From contig QPMI01000116.1 of the NCBI GenBank assembly GCA_004431415.1, positions 124,001 to 188,000 on the forward strand: a stretch of 64,000 nucleotides of DNA, written 5' to 3'. Origin of the DNA: Cyanophora paradoxa CCMP329 (lineage: Eukaryota > Plantae > Glaucophyta). Both the position numbers and the translations under genes were made by a program. This document shows, one piece after another, positions 36,688 to 49,189 of the stretch. Numbering within the stretch: position 1 is the first letter of the stretch; every line of letters starts with the position of its first letter. The notes under the pieces were generated by a model. The model was not told the DNA's origin. It saw only the letters and a program-made list of their open reading frames with translations, and searched no databases.

Positions 36688-38061
36688 CTACAGGAGGTCG
36701 AGGCCCGCGTCGGACTCGAGCTCGTTGTCCCCGAGGAGGTCCCCCGCGACGTCCCCCTGCGGGCGCCGCGCTTGTCAGAACTGCATTCGGGTTGGGAATT
36801 CGGGTTGTTCTTCTAAATGTATCATGGGATTTGCAATTGGGCTTGCAAATTTAAAACCTGGCAATGTAAATTGGGCTGGCGCCGCGAACCTCGGCGACGG
36901 CGGCGACTGCACCCTCCTCGGCCGGCACGAATCCCGAAGGACGATACTATGATATTGTCAGACCACCAAACTCGGAACGTGATTTCGAATTCGAATTCGA
37001 GTCGGCGCTCGCGATCGACGTCGACGTCGACGCGGGCCGGCGCGCGGGGCGTCGAACGCACCTCCTCCTCAACCCGCAGCTGCGGCTCATCGTCGAGCTG
37101 TTCAATCTTGTACGAAGAGACACTGCGCGCGTGCACGGGACATCGATATCGATATTCGCCCGAAATCAAAAGATGAGTCGAATCTAATGTTTTGGATATC
37201 TGATCTTCCGTGTGCACCGGTCGTTGAAACGGTAGTCTGGAAGGTTGATGCACTGCGTCCCGTAAAACCAATTACAATTAATATTCATCGTCAGTGAGCG
37301 GTCGCGGGGTCTGTTTTGGGCGGCGCCGGCCGCGGGTGCACCTTATAACCGACCGAGTCCGTGCCGACCCACATCTTCTCGCTCTGAGGGTCATACTTCC
37401 AGTTGTCTGCGCCCGCCCGTATATATATGCCAGTCAGGTCGCGACTCATGTGCAAATCGGTGTAAAAGGCATCGACAAAACGGTCTTCAAAAAATCATGA
37501 TCACCCCACATGGTGAGCGTTCTGCCGCCGGCGACGCAGGCTGTACTGTACTTGTCGTTCTCGGCGCTTCCGACCCACTCGTTCCAGGTCGAGCGGGGCC
37601 CCCACTGCGTCCCCTGGCAGTTGATCTGCTCGCCGAGTCGACGCATCAACGTCAACGCACGAATGCAAGCGATACTAATGCACACGGCACCAACTGAGCT
37701 ATCCCGGCTTAATATTGAATAGATTATATAGAACATTAATTTAGTAGTTTCTATATATACACGTGGCGTTCCGCGCACGTGCTCGAAGAACGTGGCGACT
37801 CGACCGGGGCTCGGGTTGGCGTTCTGAGCGGCCGCGGCGCCGCGCGGCGGTCAGGGTATTTATTGCAACTTGCAAGGAAGGGGAACACGGGGCGGCGCGC
37901 ACGATGAACGAAGCGCACGAAGCCGTGGCGCTGGGGTCGGGGCTCGCTGCGGGCAGGCACGGCGTCCGTTAAAATCGCAATAGACCTCTCGGCCCGGCCC
38001 TGCGGCAATTGCAAGGCCAACTCTAGAGATCTAGAGCGTGCTCACAGGAACCGGTGCCCAT
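36688..38061 (-). CDS. Small (about 170 aa) beta/gamma-crystallin-domain protein with MGxxxS N-terminus and acidic tail; 9 exons
   Basis: Spliced: MGTGS/SSPDPSATASCASFI/NANPSPGRVATFFEH/INCQGTQW...ENDKYSTACV..TLTMW/DNWKYDP...GYK/CINLPDYRFNDR/VSSYKIEQLDDEPQLRVEEE/.../GDVAGDLLGDNELESDAGLDLL*. Greek-key motifs FFEHINCQG, NDKYST and FNDRVSS; all junctions GT-AG and in frame. Confidence 0.8.
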
Positions 38062-38869
38062 GATGATTTCGATGGGATGGCGACGGTGTTGCACGGCGCC
38101 CTAAACTTAGAGATGGAGGGAGGCCGTGCCGGGGCGATCTGCAGCTGCCTGCAGGCTGCAGCTGCCGTTCAGCGGCTGCTGCTCGAGCTGCCGCATAGCA
38201 TACCTCCGTGGACAGAGACTCGCCGGCTCGTCGGATCAGAACTTTTCTTTTGGATTCTCAGAAGTCGCGATCGATGCTCCGAGCTCCGAGGCTCCGAGCT
38301 CCTGATCAGCAGCAGCTACCGTAGTACCGCCGCAGCCTACCGGTACCGTAGTACCGGTAGCGCTGCAGCGGCGCGCGTTGCGGCAGCGCACTGAGTGCAG
38401 CCTCGAGCTCGGAGCTTCGAATCGCGCCGGCGCCAGCCCGGTGGATCCGGATCCGGAATTCCGGAAATTGGGACCGGAATTCCGGAGCGGAGCCTAGCCG
38501 CGGAGCCTAGGCTAAGCTCGAGGAGCCTAGCTTTAGTACCCGGGGGGGGAGGGAAGGGGGAGGGGGGGAGGGAGGGGGAAGAGGGAATTTTTCGAAGGGG
38601 GGGGGACTCGAGCTCCGCGGCCGGACCGGAAGAGGGCAGAGCTATAGAGGTTTTGAGGTACAGACTAGGGGTTCGAATTCAGCGCTAGCGCTCGACCTCT
38701 GGAACCAGAAGGGGGGGGGGAGGGGAGGGGGGAGGCAGCTGCAGGCCTGGACCTAGTCCAGTAGGGGAAGGGAGGGGCGCGCGCGGGGGAAGGCCGAGGG
38801 CAGAGCTCGAGGTCTAGCTATATAGGTCTCATAATCATAGCTTGGTAGAGCTAGCGCGGCGTCCCGCCT

Positions 38870-39108
38870 CCTCCCTCGAGCTCCCTCCTCTCGGGAAGTG
38901 AGTTTTCCCTTTCCCAATTGATGGGGTGCGCTGCAGGCCTAGCTATATATAGGCCAACAGCACGGCGCGGCAAGCAAGTTCGAATTTCGAATTTCGAATT
39001 CCCTCCTCTCGGGAAGTGAATTTTCCCTTTCCCAACTGATGGGATGCCGCAGTGCGCGGCAGGCCTAGGCCAACAGCACGGCGCGGCAAGCAAGCTTGAA
39101 TTTCGAAG
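38870..39108. repeat. Tandem duplication of a ~110-120 bp unit
   Basis: CCCTCCTCTCGGGAAGTGA.TTTTCCCTTTCCCAA.TGATGGG...TAGGCCAACAGCACGGCGCGGCAAGCAAG occurs from about 38883 and about 39001. Confidence 0.9.
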
Positions 39109-39138
39109 GTGCGCATGAAGCGCACGGCACAGTACCCC

Positions 39139-39255
39139 TTAGTCGTCCGGGTTCTCCACCTCGTCCTCCTCCACCCCCGCCGCCCGCGATCGGGGCGCCC
39201 CCGCCGCCCCCGCCGCCCTCGGCGCAGTCTCGCCCGGGGCCTCCGCCTCCGCAAA
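39139..39255 (-). pseudogene. Inverted fragment of the RAD17 3' coding end
   Basis: Reverse complement of 39139-39223 matches 53536-53620 at 81 of 85 nt (PRAAGAAGxPRSRAAGVEEDEVExxDD*). Confidence 0.9.
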
Positions 39256-39441
39256 TGATTTGCCGCAAAACATTAATATTGCTCTAGATCTCAACCAGCA
39301 GCTGGCAACCGCAGTGACAGACCTAGACTCAGAATGGCAGCGCGCTGCCAAAGTTACCCTGTCGCATATACACAGCCACACTCTCACACATGCATCCGCT
39401 AGTAAACAATGCGAAACCACGGAGGAGACTCGCCGGCGTCA

Positions 39442-42400
39442 TCAGACGGTGAGCGTGAGGGACGGGGGCGGGGTCTCGCGGATCGAGTGCTGCAGCGGCT
39501 GCCGCCCGTCGTACAGCAGCGAGGCCCTGCAGGGGCGGGGTCGACGGGGGGTACAGTAAAGCCGAGCGAGCGGGCCGGGCGGGGGTACCGGAGCTCCACG
39601 ACGCGCTCGCGGGGCAGCTCGAAGAAATCGGACTGGGCGTTCGCGAACCCTCGCAGCGTGTTGTAGAACTGTGGGCGTACCCCGGTCATTCCCCGTAGAG
39701 CTGCAACACCAGAGAGGGTGCAGCGCACGACAAAGAGAAAGCGTTTGAAGTACCCGACAGATTCGCTGCACACGACTCCCTGCGGTAGAAAAGGGTCGAG
39801 GTCAATGGGGGCCGGGCGGTGGGGGTGAGGGTAGGGGGCGGGGGGAACGGGGTGGGAGGGTGGGGGTGGGGGGGGGCGTACGTCGTTGCCGAAGAAATAA
39901 GTTACGACCGACTTGTCGACGGCCGCTCCGAGGGCCGTGCAGACCTGCCGGCCGCGTCGGGCGCAGGACGGGCGGGGGCGGGGTATCGGGATCGCCTCGG
40001 GGAGGTACTGCAGCTCCACGCGGGGCTCGGCGTCTGGGGGGGTACGGGCGTCGGACCGGGAAGAGCCGGAGGGGGGTACAGGGCGGGGCGGGGCTTACAG
40101 CCGTAGTATATGTTTAGGCGGGAGAGGCCCTCGCCGTAGGAGACGAGCTCGTACCGCGCGTCCGGCGGCACGAACGGTACCCGGCAGAAGATAACCTGCG
40201 GGGGGGGGTACATCGGCGGGGGCGCGGAGGCGCGGGGGGGTACGGCGCGCCGTTGTGAAGACGGCGCTCTTGGGGAAGATGCCGAGCCGCCGCACGAGCG
40301 TCATCGAAACCGTCGGTACCCCTGCGAGGGGGGGGGGGTGAGTGGGGGTTACGGGGGCGGACGGGTGGGTGGGTACCTTCGCGGGCGGACGAGAAGAGGA
40401 AGCCCGTGCCCGGCGTCCGCAACACCTGTACCCCGCCCCACCGGGTGGGTGGGGGAACGGGGATGCAAGGGAGGGGTACTGCGCGCCTCGCGCTCCTGGA
40501 GGAACTTGCGGAAGGCCTCCGGGTTGACGCAGCCTGCCCGGGGTACGAGCACGTTAGGGGGTACGCTCAACGGACGGAAGGGCTGGGGGAGGGGGGTACG
40601 CGGACCGTCCTGGAGGAGGGAGCGGATGCAGGATTTGCCGTACGCCCAGTCGCTCATGACGGCCAGCAGGAAGGCCGCGATGCAGGCGGAGACGTACCCC
40701 CCGTGGGGGATCTTCAGCAGCGAGGCCAGCATGAGGAGCCCGTCGATGGGGAAGAAGACCTGGAAGGGGGGGGAAGGAGGCTCGAGGGGGGTACGGGTAC
40801 ACATCGGATGGGGGGATGGGAGGGGGGTACGCACGAGGGCGAAGGCGAGGACCTGCCACCAGGGGCGCTGCCACGCGAGGCGCATGACGAATGTGAAGCA
40901 GACGCACGTGCTGCGCGCGGGGCCGGGCCGGGGCCGGCGGGCGTCATGGGCAGGCAGAACCGAACGAAAGCGTCGATCTAAAGGCGATTGCGGGGCGGGG
41001 CGGGGTGGGAGCGGCGATCTAAAGGCGATCTAAAGTCGATCTAAAGGCGGGCGGGGCGGGGCGGGGCGGGGGCGGACATCATGCAGGCGCAGGTGACGCA
41101 GACGGCGTAGGCGGAGGCGATGGCGGCCGAGGTGCGGAAGAAGAGGGTCACCCCCAGCGTCCCCAGCATCAGGATCCAGTTCAGCCGGGGGACGTAGATC
41201 TGCGCGCGAGGCGTTCGTATCCTTCCATCCGTCCCTCCTTCCTTCCACCCTCCCTCCTTACCTGGCCCTCCATCTCGGTACCCGTGTGGATGACGCGGAT
41301 GGGGGGGAACGCGTCGAGCGAGATCGCCTGCCGCGAAAAGCGGAGAAGAAGGAGAGGGGAACGTCAGGAAGCTCTGATCAAGGCCCCAGGTCCTCGCGGA
41401 CCCCTCTCCCCTCTTCTCCCCTCTTCTCCCCTCGGGTTCCTTAAGACCCCCAGACTCCCCCCCCCCCTGTCTACGCCCTGCACCTCCGCCTCGTCCTCGC
41501 GGGGCGGACCCCCTTCCCCTGGTCTCCACCCTCCCCTCTCCTCCCCTCGAGCCCCTTAAAACTTTGGCCCCGGCGCCGCCCCCCTTCCCTGCGGACCTGG
41601 CGGATGAGGGAGAAGACTCCGGAGATCATCGCCTGCGACGCGATGATCGTTGCCACCACCGCCAGCAGCTGTACCCCCGATCGATCGGCGCCGTTGGATA
41701 GATAGTTGGATCTGGGGGGCACCTGGACGGGCCAGAAGGCCCAGGCGGGGACGGTCGAGAAGAACGGGTGCTCGTGCGCCGTCGCGTTCCCCACCAGCTG
41801 CGCCGCCTGCGGGGGGTACAGGTTAGGTTGGGGGGGGGGGCGAGGAAGGGGGGTACGCGGGCGCGCGCCTGGCCGAAGTAGCAGAGGGTGAGGGCGGGGT
41901 AGCAGACGAGCAGCCAGGAGAGACGGATGGGCCGGGACGAGAAGTGGCCCAGGTCTGGGGGGTACACATTAGGAGGGCGAGGGCGGTGGGGGGGTACGTG
42001 GCACCGGCGTAGAGGGCCTCTACCCCCGTGTAGGAGAGGACGATGTGGGAGAGGCGGTCGAAGAGGCGCTTCGAGCCGCCCCCGAACAGGAACCGGAACG
42101 CGTACGCGGGGGAGAGGCCCTGGGGGGAACGCGCGCAATCAGAGACGAAGGAGGGGGGGGCGAGAGTTTGGGGGGTACAGGGCGCGCTCGCCTTGAGGAC
42201 CCAGGGGGCGGAGAGGAGGGAGGCGAGGCCCAGGGCCCCGATGACCACGAACCTGCGGGGCAAAAGGCACCGTCGGCAAGGCAAAGCAAAGCAAGGCAGG
42301 GAAGGGGGTTACGCGTGCGCGTGCGGACCAGGTGAGCATGACGGGCCCGAAGGCGCGGCCGATGCGCCCGGTGCCGAACTGCTGGGCGCAGAAGAGGAGG

Positions 42401-43918
42401 ACGAGGATGCCGCAGGCGATCGGGAGCACCGCGGGGGCCAGCTCCCCGTACTTCTCCCCCACCTGCCCCCGCCCCCGCCCCTCAGATCCGGGAAGCCGGC
42501 TAGCCGTGGAGCACTAGCCCTAAGGAAGGGGACGCGGCCGTCCACGCCTCTACTAGTCTCTCCTCGAGCGCGGGGCGGGCGCCAGACGACGGCGCCGGAC
42601 CATCTCGACGGCGGAGAGGACGGAGATGGAGGGCGTGATGATCGAGTCGCCGAGCACGAGGGACGTGGAGAGGAGCGAGAGGCTGAAGAGCCCGAGCCGC
42701 AGCCGGAAGCCCGCCGACTCGCTCGGCACCAGCTGCGTCATCGAGAAGATCCCGCCCTGCGGGGCGGTCAGGGGTGGGTGGGGGAGGGGTAGAGGAGGGG
42801 GGTACGCGCCTCGCCGTCCTTGTCGGCGCGGAGGATCAGCACCACGTACTTGAGCGTCACTGCCGGAGGGGGGGAGAATCAGGGGGGTACGGGATACCGC
42901 CCGGGGGGGTACGGGCGCGCCGAGGAGGGTAAGGGCCCAGAAGACGGCGGAGCAGGCGCCGATGGCGTCGTCCGGCGTCGGCTGCGCGGGGAAGAGGCCC
43001 GTGAACGTGTAGATCGGCGACGTCCCGATGTCGCCTGTACCCCGGCGTCAGCGCGCGGGGTACGGGGATTCGGAGGGGGTACGGGGCGGGCCGTAGATGA
43101 CGCCGAGGGCGCCGAGGGCGAGGGCGAGGGCGTTCCCGTCGTGCTGACCCGTCGGGTCCAGCCACTCGCTCTGCGCGAACGAAGGAGGAGTCGGTCCCGG
43201 GTACACGAGCGGGCGAGCCGGGGCGGGGCGGGGCGGGGCGGGCGGGGCGGGGCGGGGGGGGGGGGGGGGGGGGGGGGCGGGCCGCACGGGGAGGAAGGAG
43301 GAGGAGGAAGTCGAGGGGCGGTCGCCGGGCTTGAGGGGGTCGGGGGAGGACGGACGCTCGGCGTCGCCCTCCGGGAGCGCGATGGGTACGAGGGAGGCGG
43401 GGAGCGTGGCGCGGCGGCGGCGCATCTCGCGCGAGGGAATCCCGAGCAGGCGGATGTCGGCGTTGGCGCCAAGCTTCATGCTGGCCGTCCTCGGCAGGCC
43501 CTTCCGCATGCTGCGCCGCGCACCGCGCCGCTCGCTCAGCCCCGCCCGCCCCGCGCGGCGCTGGCGCCAGCGCCCCGCCCGGAGGCCCCGGCTCGACTTG
43601 AAAGCGCGGGACGGGGCGGGCGGGCCCGCGCGGGACCCAAAGCGGAAAAGGGATTGGGGCTCACCTCTCGCGGTTCGGAGTGATGTCGGAGGCGTACGCC
43701 TGGTCGCTCTCCTCCGACCGCGGGTCGCCATCAGTTACGGACCGGTCCGGCGTGGGCCCCACGCGGGCCGGCTCGTTCGAAGCGGAGGCGAGAGACTCGC
43801 CGCTCATCGCTCGCTCCAGGTTGGATCGCACCGCCATGCCACCTCCGCCGGGCGGGCCAGCCCCCGAGCCCGCCCCCGCATCCAGATGAAGCTGATCGTT
43901 TCCTGGCGACGAGGCCAT
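39442..43918 (-). CDS. KUP/HAK/KT family potassium transporter, about 20 introns
   Basis: LGALGVIY/GDIGTSPIY, LKYVVLILRADKDGE/GGIFS, GDSIITPSISVLSAVE, QQFGTGRIG..FGPVM, TGVEALYA/DLGHF, ATIIASQAMISG, GQ/IYVPRLNW, KIPHGGY, FFELPRERVVEL; TGA at 39442-39444. Confidence 0.97.
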
Positions 43919-44156
43919 CGCGAGCTCGCCGCCAGCTCGCTGCGCTCACCGTGCTGCCGTGCTGCCCGTGCTCGGACCGCTTCAGGCGCGGCTTGGTACC
44001 TTGTTCCGAGCTGCTGTACCCCCCTTGCGGCTTCATTCCCCCCCCCTGGGCTCTTAGGACTCCTTCAGCGACGTGTGCTCTTGAGTGCTCTGAGGCCGCC
44101 AGACACACTCGGCTCCGGCGGCTTAGTTTCAGAAGCACCAGCAGACACAGGCAACC
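43919..44156. promoter_or_regulatory. Putative bidirectional promoter region (KUP / cyclophilin)
   Basis: Divergent inferred start codons 238 bp apart. Confidence 0.55.
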
Positions 44157-45569
44157 ATGTCGGGCGATGCAGGCAGCACCTCCGCGCCGAAGGACCAGTG
44201 CTATCTCGGCTACATGGTCCGCGCGGCGGCCTCGGAGCCACCGACCGACTCTCGCTGACCGACCTTGGCGCAGACCTATGACTTGAATGACGGAGAGTTC
44301 CTCAGCGATGGTGCGTTCGCTCGCCCTCCTGCTAGGAGCGCGGAGTGCGATCCGAAGTTCTCACCGCCGACCTCCGCCCGCAGCCGCCATCTACTTCGAG
44401 CTCTACAAGGACGTGCGTTCGCTTGCCACGCTCTAAGGCCCGCCCGCGCCTCTCTGACGCATCTCGCCGCGCAGGCCGCCCCGAAGACAGGTGGATCCTC
44501 CTCGTAGCACCCGACCCGGGCGCCTCCGAGCGGCCTCCTGACCCGTTTTCCCGCTCGCAGTCCAGAACTTTGCCGATCTCCTCGAATGTGAGCGGGCCCT
44601 GCGCGCCCCGCGCCGCGCTCCAAGCCGACTCGGCCGCCCGCCCGCGCAGGCAAGGCGGTGGGCCCCGACGGGAAGCCGGACATGTCGCTTTGCTACCGGG
44701 ACACGGAGCTGCACCGCATCATTCCCGGCTTCATGATGCAGGGCGGCGACACGACCTGCGGGCGCGTGGTCACCGACGCGAATGGCAAGCAGACCTACCC
44801 CTGCACCGCCGGCACCGGCGGCAAGAGCATCCACGGCGAGAGATTCGAAGAGTGCGCGCGCGGCCTCCTTCCCCGCCCCCGCCTGCGCCTCCGCCGCCGC
44901 GCCCGCCGACGCCGCCCGCGCCGCCAGTGAGGAGGGGGCGCTCGCCCTGAAGCACACGGACCTGGGCACGCTCTCGATGGCGAACGCGGGGCCGGACACG
45001 AACGGCTCGCAGTTCTTCATCACGTACGAGGCCGCGCCGCACCTCGACGGCAAGCACGGCGTCTTCGGCCACGTCATCGGCGGCTTCGAGAGCGTGTGGG
45101 CCACCCAGGCCTTCGGCCAGGCCGACGGCACCCCCATGGTGCTTGCTTGCTTGCTTCCCCCGCCCTGCCCTGCCCTCCCCGCTCGCCTAATCGCGCGTAG
45201 CAACGGATCGTGGTGCGCAACACGGGCCTTGTGAAGGAGACGGACGCGGAGGGCAACGTCGTCAAGGACGCCGACGGCAACCCCGTGCTCAAGGTCGTCG
45301 ACTGCGAGACCATCGGGCGCGCCCGCGGCGGCGCCCGCCTCGACGACGAGACGGCTGCCGTGGACGAGGACGAGGAGGAGGCGGAGGCGGAGGCGGCTGA
45401 GCCTGCGCCGGCGGAGGAGCCGGTGCAGCAGGCGGCGGCCTCGACTTCGGCCTCGGCCTCGGGCTCGGAGGAGGCGGCCTACGTCGAGGTGGAGGAGTAC
45501 GGGGCGGACGAGCTGCTCGAGGGCGGCGTGGCGGCCCTCGACCTCGCCGGCGAGCCGGCCGACTTGTAG
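44157..45569 (+). CDS. Cyclophilin-type peptidyl-prolyl isomerase with acidic C-terminal tail
   Basis: [67 protein letters not shown]; TAG at 45567-45569. Confidence 0.95.
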
Positions 45570-46113
45570 TCTAGCCGAGCGTAGCAGTGGAAGAGCTGCG
45601 TTTCCCCTTTTTCTCAGTTTAGGCAGGTAGTAACATAGTTAGGAGCCCCTGTGCAGCTGGTCCCGCGTCCCCTGTCCCGCCCCCGTCTCGTCCCGCCTCG
45701 TGTATTCTGGTCTGGTGCCTTGATGAGCAGCGGAGAGAAGCAGTATTCGTTGAGGGTTCGTTCGGGCTTGCAAATGGTCAATGCGGGTGACGTCGGCCCG
45801 GTGGGGGAGAGAGCCACACTAGAACTGTGATAGTATCTTCTTCGATCAGTACACATTCGAATTCGAATTCATGCACCGCACTGCACTGCAATACGTAGGC
45901 CTCATGAACATGATCATGAACACTATCATGAAATACTGCATTAAATACTTAATACCCAAGTAACTTTACTCAAGCGTTAACTGCGAATGTAAAATAATGA
46001 AGGAAAACGAGAGGACAGAGAACATGAAGACTTTAGTGCCGCAGAGCGCGATCTGAAACATCTAATAATATAAAGATCTGAGTGATCGGGATGTCCAAGA
46101 TCAGCGCTCTGAT

Positions 46114-49100
46114 CTAGAGCGCCGCCGCGAGCGCCGCCGCGGCCACCGCGGCGCTCAGCAGCAGGCCAAGGAGGCCCTGCGACGACACAGGCTCGGCTCG
46201 ACTGGGCGGGAGCAGTCGAGTGATCAACAGCGTACCGCCGGGGTGGACGCGGCAGTGGCGGCGCTGGGCCAGTAGCCGGTGCTCGGGACGACCGGCGACG
46301 CCGCCGCTGAGAACTTGAAGGCCTGCGCAGGGGGAGGGAGCCGCGGCTGGGACCGGCGCGCGGCGCAGCGAGCGGCCGGGCGCAGCGGGCGGTCTACGCG
46401 CACGTTGCGGAGGACGATGGGGGCGAAGCCGTCGGGCTCCAGGCGGACGCTGTACTGCTGGGAGCCTCAGCCCAAGCCTAAGCCAAGGACGAGCCTAAGA
46501 CGTACCGGATCGCCGGCCTTGAAGAGGAGGAGGCCCCGCCGCGCCAGCGCCACCGCCGGCGGCGCTGCGCAGCCGCTCAGCGGGGGCGCCGCCAGGCGTC
46601 CTCGGAGGGGTACGCAGCACCGAACGTGAGGACGGGGGGCGGGCCGTTGACCTTGGCCCCCGGCGCCTCGGCCCGCTCGCCCGTCGCCTCGTTCCAGACG
46701 ACCACCTTGACCGCCTGCCCGACCTGCACGGGGAATGGGCGGGAGGAAGGGAAAGGGCGGGCGGGGAGGGCGCCTTCAGCAGGCCCTCCACGGGGAGAGA
46801 GACCGAGCCGCCCTGCGGGCGTTCCCGGAGCGCGGTTCGCGGTCGCGCGCCGGAGCGTTCGTTTGGCAATTCAGGGCCGGGCCCCGCCCACCTGGGCCCC
46901 CGAGAGGGTCTGGCCGTCGGAGAACTTGATGGCGTAGATGACCAGCCCGGTCAGCGTGTCCTGCGGGACGAAGGGGCGGCTTTCAAGCGAACGAAGCTTC
47001 AGAGGATGCGAAAGTTCGCACTGTAAAGGTCGAGACGTTGTACTGTGGGATGGGGCAGCCGTAGACGTCAGCTCAGCCCAAGGCCGATGGAAAGAGACTC
47101 AGAGAGCAGCAGAAGCTCCCGCACGCACGTTCTTGCCACCGATGCTGACCACCCCGGTCGCGATCGCATCCTTGAAAACATCCTGCGGGGCCGGGCGGCG
47201 GTGTTAATGTTAATGGTCGGGGGGCGGCCTGGCCGCGAGCGGGCGGGTCCAACGGGATGCGAACCAGCGCGGGGAGGGGGCTCGGGGTGGGGGACGTCGC
47301 GGCGGGCGGAGGCGGGGGGGTAGAGGGCGCGGGCGCCTCGCTGCGGGGTCCAAGGCATGAGATCGGGAGCGGAGGAAGAGGGCGTGAACGAAGGGGGAGT
47401 GAGCGAGCGGGGGCGAACAAGGAGCGGGGGGAGGCGCGAACGAGAGAGTGACATACACATGAGAACAGGGGAAGGAGGGAAGCAGGGCGGACCGTGGGAG
47501 AGGAAGGCGGGGAGGGGGGGGGGGGGGGCGAAGGGGAAGGGGATTGGTGTAGGAGGTAGAGGGGGGGGGAGGGGGGAGGAGTGACGGGGGTATCGAACGG
47601 ACCTGGGGGATGGCGACGGTGATGGTGACGGGGAGGCTGACGGGGAGTGGGAGGGGGAGGGGGAGGGGGACGGGGATGGGCTGCGCGAGAGGATTCACGT
47701 TGAGTTCCGTGCAGAGAAGGCGGCAGCGGCAGCGACGGCGGCTCACCTGGGGGACGGAGTCACGGCGGCGGCGCAGGTGCCCGCGGGAACTTCGGAGGGG
47801 GCCGAACGAGGAGTCAATCAACGACAGTCTCCGAATTGCGATCGCGAGAAGGGGAGCGCCGGCCGGCCGGGCGCACCCGCCGTGGCGGTGGCGTTCATTC
47901 CATTGTAGGTCCGGTTGCCCTGAAACGGGTCCGAGACGAAGATGACGAGCATCTGGCTGCCGGCGTCAGTCGTGTTGTACGTGCCGGTCGTGTTGCCGAA
48001 CGCAGCCAACTTGACGACGGCAGCCTCCCCCGGGCGGGCCGCCGGGATCAGCTCGAAGACCTAAGATCGATCGATCGATCGATCGGAGCCGCGAGCGGAC
48101 GATACGTTGGGGGGGGGGGGGGGATGGTGAGGGGGGGTACAGCAGAGCGCTCACATGGACGATGTCGCACATTTCCTCGACGCCGATGGTCAGGTCATAG
48201 TACTCCAGGTCGACGCCGGAGACGCTGAGGGAGACGCGGCTCCCCGCGAGGCAGGGGGAGGAGGGGTCCAGCTTCGCGTGCCTGTACCCGCCCGGGCTCG
48301 CTCGCGGCGCGCGGCGCTCCCCGTGGCAAGGACGGGGCGCGGGGCGCGGAGCGGACCAGAAGCGCATGAGGCTGGTGTTGTAAGCGGGCAAGAGGATCGG
48401 TGACTGCACCCCCGGCAGGACGCTGACGTTCGAGAACATGACCTCGTAGGGGGCACGAAGGCCCACGCCGATGGCGGCCGCGGCGGGGGGGCTCGCCGTT
48501 GCTGCAGAAGGGCGTTAGCTCTGACACGCGGGGCTAGGCTACGAGTGGCGACGACCATCAGAAGCCACGCTCTTGTACGTCGCGTTGAATCTGATGACCA
48601 CGGGGTCGTTGGGGGCGCAAGGTTTGTTGCCGATCACAAGCATCGTGTTCGAAGTGCTCGTGAAAGTCAGCGGGATCGCGGATTCGTTGAAAATGCGACG
48701 GGCCAGAAGAATCGATGCGCCTAGGTCGACCACCTGTACATGTCGAGCACGCGCGGTGGTGAGCTCGAGCGCTGGCAGCTACAGGTCGCGGGCGTATGCA
48801 GACGCGCCCGTATGAAATCCGCTCCTTCGGGCCCGGAGCCGACCGAGTTGAACGTTAGCTGGACGCGGTCGTTCTCGTTCTCCGCCGTGATTGTCCTGCG
48901 ACGCCGATGACCCATTCGGCCCTGCCCCAGCTGAGGCTTCAGCTCACGAACCAGATGGCCATGTCGGATCTCTCATTCGTTGTGACGTTGGCTATGATGT
49001 CGCGCGGTGTCGCCGTAGCGATGTAGCCTCCGGGGCCGACTCCGGTGTACGTGATGGCCGCGGAAGCTGCAGCAACGGCGAGGGCGATGCACAGCGCCCG

Positions 49101-49118
49101 TAGCGCGAGGTGCGCCAT
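46114..49118 (-). CDS. Secreted, probably GPI- or tail-anchored, CUB-domain surface protein
   Basis: Signal peptide MAHLALRALCIALAVAAASA. Two CUB-like units (RVQLTFNSV..TSTSNTMLVI; VSLSVSGVDLEY..MCDI..SQMLVIFVSD..YNGMNAT), a Pro/Ser stalk and a hydrophobic C-terminus GLLGLLLSAAVAAAALAAAL*. Confidence 0.7.
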
Positions 49119-49189
49119 GCTAGCACTGCCTGGCTCCGGAAGAACACTTCGTTCGCAGACAGGTCGGCGCAAAAAAAGAACGTTGGCCG
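49119..49189. promoter_or_regulatory. Very short divergent spacer (CUB protein / RAD17)
   Basis: Divergent ATGs at 49118 (-) and 49190 (+), 71 bp apart. Confidence 0.5.
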
